DNA of 64,000 nt from Tubulanus polymorphus. Its lineage: Eukaryota; Animalia; Nemertea. The position numbers and the translations under genes were made by a program. The notes under the pieces are model-generated. The model had not been told where the DNA came from, ran no database searches, and saw only the letters and a program-made list of their open reading frames with translations. Position 1 is the first letter of the stretch. The number at the start of each line of letters is the position of its first letter. Positions 28,420 through 40,400 of the stretch are shown in pieces. The stretch is from NCBI RefSeq assembly GCF_964204645.1, contig NC_134031.1, positions 682,001-746,000 on the forward strand. Reading direction: 5' to 3'.

Positions 28420-31400
28420 TCAATCGGTTTCGCCGATATCAGCGAACAGACCTCGAACTTCCAACACAGACGCTAAATCTAACATGATCTTATGCAGTAG
28501 TGGATGATCTAGTATTTCGTTATCGGGTATCGGTGGATGACAGCTTGGATAAAACGCTGGACCCTACAACACAATAACACCTCATATTTACTGTTTATTG
28601 TACGAGGAAGATTTTTACATCTATTGAGACGAGTAAAAGTCTACACAAGTTTAACGAATACTGTGAAACTCTTGCTGAAGTCATTCGGATGATCGAACGA
28701 TAACCACACTCAAACGTGGTGAACGGATAATAAGATAAAATCCCACTATTTACAGATTAAAAGAATTTAAAAACAAGAATTTATTTATTAAATCTAAAAT
28801 ATTTAAAACACACCTGACGATGATCTCTAGGGTGAGATCGACACGTCGTGTCTTTTAAATATTTTAGATTTAATGAATAAATTCTTGTTTTTAAATTCTT
28901 TTAATCTGTAAATAGTGGGATTTTATCTTATCATTCGGATGATCGTTATGTGTTGACTACTTATTCAAAATGATGACTTACACCAAAGAACTCGAATCAA
29001 ATTTGATTTTAGTTCTTTACTTACACTTAATAAATAAGGGCTGCAGGACCAGGTTTCACGAAAAAGTTAAACTCAAATTTTTGGTGTAATTGCCAATGGT
29101 TTTACATGTTTTCAATGAGGACAACAATTCAAACTTTACCGTTTTAGGCTTAAAAACTTTTTCGTGAAACTGAACCCAGTTGCTCAAAAGTTGTTTTGAG
29201 TTAACCAGTGGATAGTTAACATAGTGACAATTAACAATTCATCGTTTCTATGGTATTCATCTAGCGGTTATCTTTAACCAACTTTTAAGCGACTGCAGAC
29301 CCTGAATTCCAAATATAGATGACTTATCAAAATGAAGACTTACACTTAGTAAATTGAATTAGAAATACAAATTGCGACTCAAAAATAGAAATGACTTCAG
29401 TAATGTGACGACTTATCCAAATGATGATTTGACTGTAGGTAATTTGGACGAAGTCCGTTTAATGCAATGTTTCAAATAACGATTAAAACATAATTTAACA
29501 AATGTACGTAACAAATAACAGAATGATGGAGGAGAGGAGGAGAGGGAGGAGAGAGAGGAGGAGCGGGAGGTTTTACCTTGTATCCACGCTGCTATAAATA
29601 TCAAAATACAAAAAAAAATACCATCTAAACATTCAGCGACAAACGATGATGATTTTGGGAAGAGGAGACTGATGATGAAAGCAGATTTGGCGGTTGTGTT
29701 TACAAAGCGTGTGTGGCTGTTACCAGACAGTGCTTTAGACATAACGACTAGTGTGCGATGAATCCACCAGGGGGAGAGGGATCGAGTGAGTACCGAGGCG
29801 AGTGAGTACTGTACCTTAAAACCGCGATGCTGCCGCAATACGATATAACAGAAGATGTATCTTAGAACTAGAAGTCGTAGGAAATCATCACCGAAAAATT
29901 GAATGTAAGAGTGATCTGAAAATAGATACAAATCAGAGTGTAAAAACTATCAGAGAGCAGCAACCAGTTGTGTACCAGAACCAGATCCCTAACAAAGTGA
30001 GGCACTGAATCCAAGTCAATAGTTGTGCGAGTTAAGATTCGACTCTCAATAATAATGTAATACAAATCAATGATGTAATATAACAATAGATAATGAACTT
30101 GGACTGTAAATTGGAATCTATCTTGAACTGGGGATAAATTGTCAGAGTTCTCTGAAGCCATGTCACCTAGAGGCTGGTCAAATTTGACATACACGATCAG
30201 GAATAAATGTACAACGTCCCGAGGAAGTTTATAGTTTTCAATATTCGATGAAAAACCCTCAAGAAATAGCATTTTGTAAGCGAGTGACGTCAGAACATTT
30301 CAGAGATTTCTACGGGATGCTGCGGGAGAGTATTTAGATGATATTTACCTATAGTCCTCGATCGAGTGACCAGTTTACTCGCTTCGGCGAGAAATTTATC
30401 TATTTGTGCCTGACATTTATCCCATATCGCGACTGGTATGTCGATAATGTTACATATGTAACAAAATGCCGTCAGTGGACTGTGTAAAAACATCGTGAAT
30501 AAATTGCCTTTCTGATGTTGATCTGCGATAAAAATACAATACAATATCAGTAGTATATATTATTATGATACGTGTATAACATATGAACAATTTCATAGCT
30601 TTCACCGTTACCTTGCATGGTAGTCGGCACCTGTTCAGGTGACAGTAAGCATACAACTGGCTGTCCAAACATAGTCGGGAATCCCTGAAAAATATATAAC
30701 ACTGATTAAACATTGCAGTGGTACGCACACACTGATAGTGACTGATATATAGAGTATCAGTAGTCAACACCCAGCTCTGCAGTCAAAATCTGAGAGAAAT
30801 ATAACTGAGTATACGTGGAACTGGATCCCGAATAGCGGGCAGTAAGAGACAACCGGACAGACAGCACTCACCTGATAAACCGAACTATTGTCGCTGTCAA
30901 CTATCAAAAACAATGGTTTTCTCGTGTATGGATATAAGTCACCAGGATGCACGCTACAATTACATAATACATTCCGATAATAACAACCCTCACAGTTAAC
31001 TTACCTTCCTGCCTACCACACCTCACTTACCAGTGCATGTCTTTCAGATTTCCAGGTCGTTTGTTTTTGTTAGTAATATCAGTTTCACGTCTTGTGTTTG
31101 TGATTACACCTCCGTAATCATACGCAGCTACAATATATAATCATTGTAATCATAATGATTACAAACAGTAGACAACGAATGTCAACCTCCTCCACTAATG
31201 AGGAGACTAGTGAAAGACTGTACATCTCTGGCCTAACCATACTAGACTGTTGAGTTTCAGGTTTAAACATAGACCGTTGAGTCCCTGGCCTAACCATAGA
31301 CTAGTCAGACCCTGGCCTAGCCATAGACTGTTGAGTCCCTGGCCTATAGCCATAGATTGTTGAGTCCCTGGCCTATAGCCATAGACTGTTCAGTCCCTGG

Positions 31401-34400
31401 CCTAGCCATAGACTGTTCAGTCCCTGGCCTATAGCCATAGACTGTTCAGTCCCTGGCCTAGCCATAGACTGTTCAGTCCCTGGCCTAGCCATAGACTGTT
31501 CAGTCCCTGGCCTAGCCATAGACTGTTCAGTCCCTGGCCTAGCCATAGACTGTTGAGTCCCTGGCCTAGCCATAGACTGTTCAGTCCCTGGCCTAGCCAT
31601 AGACCGTTGAGTCTCTGACCTAACCATAGACTAGTGAGTCCCTGGCCTAGCCATAGACTGTTCAGTCCCTGGCCTATAGCCATAGACTGTTGAGTCCCTG
31701 GCCTATAGCCATAGACTCATGAGTCCCTGCAGTAACCCATGTCTCATGAGTCCCTGTAGTCACCCATGTCTCATGAGTCCCTGTAGTAACACATGTCTCA
31801 TGAGTCCCTGTAGTCACCCATGTCTCATGAGTCCCTGTAGTCACCCATGTCTCATGAGTCCCTGTAGTCACCCATGTCTCATGAGTCCCTGTAGTCACCC
31901 ATGTCTCATGAGTCCCTGTAGTCACCCATGTCTCATGAGTCCCTGTAGTCACCCATGTCTCATTTCACTCGTGATACAAAATCTTCACAAAAATCCATGT
32001 TAAATTAGTATAAAACTATCGAGAATTGAAAACACTTACGATCGTCGCCATGTTTTGTGTTTCTGATCGATCCGTCTGCTGAAACGTAGAGTAACATCGC
32101 CGCGTTCGGAGGTAACTCTTTAAATCCTGACGCTAGAAACGCGTTTAACTGAGAGAACGTCGGTTTATACAGTAGATATTTATGAGGATTATCGCGTTTG
32201 TTTATTCTATCGCTGTTTTCCTGAAACAATGTCAATGAAATATTAGATCCGTCGTGAATGTACGCACCGTGTAGAGGGGAGGGGGTTAAAATCTAGATAT
32301 TGTTTTCACAACACGAAGCCGAAACTTAGTGATAATAATAATAATTCATTTGATTATATAGCCCTATATATACTATAACAGAATCTTCACTAAATAACCA
32401 GTAAATTGAATTGGAAAAACAAATTGGAAATACTGAAATTAGAGATGACTTCATTCAGTAATGTGACGACTTATCGGATCATGACCTGGGGCCGGTTGCA
32501 CAGTCATGCCTTAGACTTAAGACCAGTCTAAGACCAACTTAGTTCTATAGCCAATCTAACAACTTAAGACCAGTCTTAAGATGTAAGACTACTTTTGGAC
32601 TTAAGTCACGACTGTGCAACTGGCCCCTGAGCAAATTTGACTACTTAATTTTGAAATTAACTAATGTTTGATAAACAGCTGTGGAAACGGGTTTTAAATC
32701 TGTAAGTTGATGATATGAGGTAAATGAAGGAAGGGACACAATACAGATCTGTCTACACGCACATGAGATGTTTATTGAATCGAATGAACACTGGTCTGAT
32801 GCGTCCAGCAATTCATCCTAATTGCAATAGGAAATGGAAGCATGCTGGTGAGCAGTGCATGCATGAGTAGCCTTCATTATGATGCTGATATGGCCGTAGA
32901 CAATGATCGATTACAGTTGAAATTGACAAATCTTCAGAGTTTAGACATAGTGTGGTATTAACCGTAAGGTGCAAGGGCGGATCTAGTATTTCTTGAAGGG
33001 GTGGACCTAGAAATAGGAATAGGCATAATAAGAGACTTTCTTTTCCTTTTCAGGGCTGATTTTGATTTTTTTAAAAAATCTTTTCTAGATTTTCATCGCA
33101 AAAAAATATCCTGGTTTTTTGAAGGGCACATTTGAATTCTGACTGTTTAACTTCTAAATCTGCCCTTAGATATATCGACGTTTAGTACAGAATCCCAGTT
33201 TAATTCATGCAATTTACAGAACAACAAACTGAAGAATAAAAGTCTGTCCTAAAAAGCCACGTAACATTTGTGAGGACGAATTGAGCGCTTTAATTTATAG
33301 TTAACTGTGGAGAAAATACATAATTAACTTGTGATCGAATGATTGAAATACATCGAATATTAGCAGCTTTCATTTACCAAGTTTTCACTACTCAATGAAT
33401 GAGGAGGCTACAAAAATAAACAATAGGAAAGTCTCAATAAAATCCATAACAAATTTAAAAAAAGAAGAATTTTATGATTTGAAAGCATGTGAACCGTTAG
33501 AACAGTATGACCGCATGCTACACCAGACAGCTACCACTGCCGCGCATTCAAAACTAAATTCATAATTTAGATTTAGTGAAATACAGTGGAACCTCGTTAA
33601 AATCTGTTTTCAACAACCGATAGTTCATTATATCTGGTATTAAACTAAATACATTGTTTTACTAGGTATAAAAATTGTAAGCTTGTCACGTAACAAGGTT
33701 CTACTGTATAAACTAAACTTAATACGCGCTTGAAAAATAAATATAGACGAAGAAAGTAACCAGCCAGCGCCCTCTAGTAGACCGAACCAAACCAGACTTA
33801 AATAACAACATTACCACGCATACTAAAACATAAATACACCACCACCCCCTCCTCCCTCCCTCCCCCTTCCTCCCTCCTCCCTCCATCCCTCCCTCCTCCC
33901 TCCCTCCCTCCCTCCCCCTCCCCCTAGACTGTCTCATATATAGAATATATAATTCTTACCCATTGCTATCGTTCATGTAATAAAAGGAAAAGAAAGAAAT
34001 GAAATTATTTTCAACTTAAAAAAAGAGATCACAAACAACAAAAAAACAAGAAATAAGTAATCGTCACATTTCTAGTGTGTGTGGGCCTTAAAAACTTAAA
34101 CAAGATAACTCAGTGAAATATATCAGACTGATTCAGTTCAGTAAATTATACACAAAACGATTCGGATGAAACATTCATTTACAACAATATTTTAGAATAT
34201 TTGAAGAGGGCGGGGGTTGCTGAAACGTTAACCATCGGAGACCAGTTACTCAAATAGTTCATTCAGGACGAACACGATGCTTACACCAAAATCTCAATTT
34301 TTATCCATCGGTAAACTTTAACCAACTTTTAGAACAACCGCCACTACTTTATGAGTTTGAAGTCGGCCGTACTATTATTGTTATAGATATAGAGGAATGG

Positions 34401-37400
34401 AATAAAACAAAACTACATCGACACATTGATAGCAATTTGATACCTGTAAACTGGACGTGCTACCAGATCTGTGATATCCCTAATTAAATATAACAAATAC
34501 CAAAACTAATTCAGTTTATTGGATCAGAAAAATATATACCACAAAAACACATCCTTAAACTTTGTATAACAGAATCATGTTCCTTACCACCGCCTACAAA
34601 CAAGTTCCAGTAAATAAATGAATTGACATTTTTTAAAGACTAACTCTGACATTTGAACATGAAGAGATCAAAAATTTCGAATGAAAATTCTACGAGAAAT
34701 TCCAATCCGTCACATGCACAATGTGGAATCTATGTATGAAATTCACATCAATGTTTATTAAAAAAAGAGCTAAAATTATAGGGAAATAGTTGGTATAAAA
34801 AATGAATTCTATGATTGAGTTTGATGAAAGTCGATGTGAGATCATTTGCCGGTTTTAGGATAGAGGCTGGAGGGAGCAGTGGAGAGGCTGGAGGGAGCAG
34901 TGGAGAGGCTGGAGGGAGCAGTGGAGAGGCTGGAGGGAGCAGTGGAGAGGCTGGAGGGAGCAGTGGAGAGGCTGGAGGGAGCAGTGGAGAGGCTGGAGGG
35001 AGCAGTGGAGAGGCTGTCGGGAGCAGTAGAGAGGCTGTCGGGAGCAGTGGAGAGGCTGTCGGGAGCAGTGGAGAGGCTGGAGGGAGCAGTGGAGAGGCTG
35101 GAGGGAGCAGTGGAGAGGCTGGAGGGAGCAGTAGAGAGGCTGGAGGGAGCAGTGGAGAGGCTGGAGGGAGCAGTGGAGAGGCTGGAGGGAGCAGTGGAGA
35201 GGCTGGAGGGAGCAGTAGAGAGGCTGGAGGGAGCAGTGGAGAGGCTGGAGGGAGCAGTGGAGAGGCTGGAGGGAGCAGTAGAGAGGCTGGAGGGAGCAGT
35301 GGAGAGGCTGGAGGGAGCAGTGGAGAGGCTGGAGGGAGCAGTAGAGAGGCTGGAGGGAGCAGTGGAGAGGCTAGAGGGAGCAGTAGAGAGGCTGGAGGGA
35401 GCAGTGGAGAGGCTGGAGGGAGCAGTGGAGAGGCTGGAGGGAGCAGTGGAGAGGCTGGAGGGAGCAGTGGAGAGGCTGGAGGGAGCAGTGGAGAGGCTGG
35501 AGGGAGCAGTGGAGAGGCTGGAGGGAGCAGTGGAGAGGCTGGAGGGAGCAGTGGAGAGGCTGGAGGGAGCAGTGGAGAGGCTGGAGGGAGCAGTAGAGAG
35601 GCTGGAGGGAGCAGTGGAGAGGCTGGAGGGAGCAGTGGAGAGGCTGGAGGGAGCAGTGGAGAGGCTAGAGGGAGCAGTGGAGAGGCTGGAGGGAGCAGTG
35701 GAGAGGCTGGAGGGAGCAGTGGAGAGGCTGGAGGGAGCAGTGGAGAGGCTGGAGGGAGCAGTGGAGAGGCTGGAGGGAGCAGTGGAGAGGCTGGAGGGAG
35801 CAGTGGAGAGGCTGGAGGGAGCAGTGGAGAGGCTGGAGGGAGCAGTGGAGAGGCTGGAGGGAGCAGTGGAGAGGCTGGAGGGAGCAGTAGAGAGGCTGGA
35901 GGGAGCAGTGGAGAGGCTGGAGGGAGCAGTGGAGAGGCTGGAGGGAGCAGTGGAGAGGCTGGAGGGAGCAGTAGAGAGGCTGGAGGGAGCAGTGGAGAGG
36001 CTGGAGGGAGCAGTGGAGAGGCTGGAGGGAGCAGTGGAGAGGCTGGAGGGAGCAGTGGAGAGGGTGGAGGGAGCAGTGGAGAGGCTGTTAGATAGAGGGA
36101 GAGGGACAAGGGGGAGAGAGGGAGCAGATAAAGGAGGGAGCAGGTTAATGAGGGAGAGGGAGGAGGTTAAGGGGGAGTGTGGGGAGCAAGTTAAGGGGAG
36201 AGGGAGCAGGTTAAGGGGAGAGGGAGCAGGTTAAGGGGAGAGGGAGCAGGTTAAGGGGGAGTGTGGGGAGGGACGACCGGTGAATGATCTAACAGTACGA
36301 TCTCAGTATTATAGAAATGAATAGATGTTCAACTATTACTTACACGTATCATTACAGAACGCATTCCCTATAGAATAAATCATATATATATATATATACG
36401 TAAAACCCTTCAACAACAGAATCATCACCTCAAATAGATCACTAATCCAAATACTGATTGATACACGATGGCGCCCTCTTTCCTCACATTTACAAATCCT
36501 CGAGTTTTTCCATGTGTTTACACAAAATTTCCCGAGTGATTCAGAGAAATCTCTAGGTTTAGAAATGTTACAATTCTTTTTCAGTGAATCTAGTGAATCA
36601 AGTACTGATAAAGAAACACCAGGTCAATAGCATTATCCGAATTCCCTGTGTTTTCCAGGTTTTGAATGTCAGTGGCGCCACCCTGCGATAGATACAGTGA
36701 AACTCTCAGTTTGTCGTAGTTGTGATAATTGTTATATCAATGAGAAATCTTAGTAAATTGAATTGGAAATACAAATCAGGACTCCAAAATGACTTCAGAT
36801 GACAAACTGAAGTTTAACCGTATAACAGGTACATGTAATATGATTATTGATGTATGATGTCATAAGGGAATTAATGGAGGCAGCCATCTTTTCACGAAGG
36901 GTTGAAAATAATATTAGCATTATATACGAAATAGGTTTTGGGTATAAAAGCATGAATAGTGCATGGTAGGGTTGAGGGGGTCGAGGGGGTTGAGGGGGTT
37001 GAGGGATCCCTACGATCGATACTTACAAATGGTGGTCGACCTGGAGCTGGTGAAGCGTCATAAATTTGATTGGTTAAATCTTCTTGCGGTTCTCGTTCGA
37101 GTGTTTGTAACATACGAAACATATCTAGAGTTAATTCACTGAACTTCACCTAGAATCGAAATTCATCATTCAATCAATATTAACAAACAACAGATCAAAT
37201 CAGATGTTAACAGTAGACTCAGCTGAAGTCAGATCTTTTGACTTGAGAGTGATATCTGAGTTGGATGGTACAGTAGACTCAGCTGAAGTCAGATCTTTTG
37301 ACTTGAGAGTGATATCTGAGTTGGATGATACAGTAGACTCCGCTGAAGTCGGATCTTTTGACTTGAGAGTGATATCTGAGTTGGATGGTACAGTAGACTC

Positions 37401-40400
37401 CGCTGAAGTCAGATCTTTTGACTTGGGAGTGATATCTGAGTTGGATGGTACAGTAGACTCCGCTCAAGTCAGATCTTTTGACTTGAGAATGATATCTAAG
37501 TTGGATGGTACAGTAGACTCCACTCAAGTCTGATCTTTTGACTTGAGAGTGATATCTGAGTTGGATGGTACAGTAGACTCCGCTCAAGTCTGATCTTTTG
37601 ACTTGAGAATGATATCTGAGTTGGATGATACAGTAGACTCCGCTCAAGTCAGATCTTTTGACTTGAGAGTAATATCTAAGTTGGATGGTACAGTAGACTC
37701 CGCTCAAGTTGAATCTATTGACTTGAGAGTAATATCTGAGTTAATAGTATTTGAGCGGAGTCAGTCAGTTGACAATAATTACCTGGTCGTGACAGTTTCC
37801 TACGATCAGAATCTCCTGTAGGGTCAGATAAACCGGGGTACCTTTCTCTAACGGCGGGGTGTTTAACGGTGTTAAACGATGAGATAGAACAATCGCCGAT
37901 GAATCGATGTCTATTACACTGATCGTACTATCAGCTTCAATAAACGCACGTATTTCACCTAAAACCAGCGACCATTCTAACTGATCCTCAGGGTCGTATG
38001 TCGTCGTGTAGTCGTCTATTTGTTTCGCTAATTCCTAAAATAATTAGTTCAGAATTTAGCACGTCTTGTAGCGTATATAAATATCTAACTCAGATGGGTT
38101 TAAGGTCAGATCAATTCACAGATCAACAGTTTGCTTTAGGTTTATGAAAATTTATCCAAATGCTGACCTCCTATTGCGGTGAGGATCCACCAGTTGGACT
38201 AGTGACTAGTCTACTGTTGTGAGGATCCACCAGTTGGACTAGTGACTTGCCTACTGCAGTGAGGATCCATCAGTTGGACTAGTGACTTGCCTACTGCGGT
38301 GAGGATCCACCAGTTGGACTAGTGACTAGTCTACTGCAGTGAGGATCCATCAGTTGGACTAGTGACTAGCCTACTATTGTGAGGATCCTCCAGTTGGGCT
38401 AGTGACTAGCCTATTGTTGTGAGGATCCATCAGTCGGACTAGTGACTAGCCTATTGTTGTGAGGATCAACCAGTTGGACTAGTGACTAGCCTACTATTGT
38501 GAGGATCCTCCAGTTGGACTAGTGACTTGCCTACTGTTGTGAGGATCCATCAGTCGGACTAGTGACTAGCCTATTGTTGTGAGGATCCACCAGTTGGACT
38601 AGTGACTAGCCTACTATTGTGAGGATCCACCAGTTGGACTAGTGACTAGCCTACTATTGTGAGGATCCTCCAGTTGGACTAGTGACTAGCCTACTGTTGT
38701 GAGGATCCACCAGTTGGACTAGTGACTAGCCTACTGTTGTGAGGATCCATCAGTCGGACTAGTGACTAGCCTACTGTTGTGAGGATCCACCAGTTGGACT
38801 AGTGACTAGCCTACTGTTGTGAGGATCCACCAGTTGGACTAGTGACTAGCCTACTATTGTGAGGATCCTCCAGTTGGACTAGTGACTAGCCTATTGTTGT
38901 GAGGATCCACCAGTTGGACTAGTGACTAGCCTACTATTGTGAGGATCCTCCAGTTGGACTAGTGACTAGCCTACTGCAGTGAGGATCCGCCAGTTGGACT
39001 AGTGACTAGCCTACTGTTGTGAGGATCCTCCAGTTGGACTAGTAGATGTCAACTCACCCTCACTAAATCTCTCACTAATTTCATTTTCTTGAGCAGTAAA
39101 CAGACAACTATAAACCTTGCATAGTAACGTAGTTTCTTCACCATTAAATCCGGTCTGAAAATAATAACAAATATCTATAAATAAAGTCTCTCATCGTGGG
39201 GGGGGGGTCGGTGGCGCGAGACCAGTAGGAGGATACTGGGGGAGGGGGGGTTCGGTGGCGCGAGACCAGTAGGAGAATATAAACTCCATCACAAAATCAA
39301 AATCTATTGGATTCTTTCATTTTATTCTGTGTTCATCTTTGAGACATTAAGACATCCCCAGACCAGACCAGACCAGACTAGACCTAGCCGCAAGATAGTA
39401 TAGATTTTATCTACAGTACATATATTACTGGATGACAATTTCCGATACCCCCCTCCCCCTCCCCAGTCTCCTGCTACTAGTTTAAGTAACCCCTTGATAA
39501 CAATTTCCATAATGTTGATTGAAATTGACACTCAGTTCACAGATAGCTGAAACAGTTTGGTAATTATTGATATGTCTGCGGTGTAATTACATCAGCAGCA
39601 GACTGTGCATGAAATACAGTATTAACCCCCTTCAACATATACTACCACTTCCAACACTAGCAATACCACTAACACTACCAACATCAATACCAATACTACC
39701 AATACCTCTAACACTACCAATATCAATACCAACAATGCCACTACCACTACTAATACTACCACCACCAACACTACCAATACCAATACCAAACACTACCAAT
39801 ACCACTATCCACTACTACCACCACTAATGCCTTTCATTCTTTTAAAAAATTCTAAATTTTGGCGGTGGAGACTGACCAGTAGAGAGATGGACAGGTAGAC
39901 TGATGGGTAGAGAGGGTGACCAGAACACTGACCAGTAGAGAGACTGAGCAATAGAGAGACTGACCAGTAGAGTGACTGAGCAATAGAGAGACTGACCAGT
40001 AGAGAGACTGACCAGTAGAGAGACTGACCAGTAGAGAGACTGACCAGTAGAGATTGACTGGTAGAGACTGACCAGTAGAGAGATTGACTGGTAGAGATTG
40101 ACCAGTAGAGATTAACTGATAGACTGACCAGTAGAGATTGGCTGGTAGAGAGACTGACCAGTAGAGAGACTAACCAATGGAGAGACTGACCAGTAGAGAG
40201 ACTGGCTGGTAGAGATTGGCTGGTAGAGACTGACCAGTAGAGAGGGTGACCAGTAGATAGACTGACCAATAGATAGACTGACCAATGGAGAGACTGGCCA
40301 GTAGAGACTGGCTGATAGAGATTAACAGACAGACTGTGACCAGTAGAGACTGACTGGTAGTGACCAGTAGACTGACCGGTAGAGAGACTGACTGACCGGT

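Noticed and set aside
34748-36234. 426-453 aa ORFs in three frames
   Set aside because: Translations of a stop-free 21-bp minisatellite within a SCAI intron
37204-39044. CRISPR-like appearance of regular repeats with palindromes (also 45810, 52041, 53964, 58301)
   Set aside because: Head-to-tail units without unique spacers, no cas genes, eukaryotic intronic context
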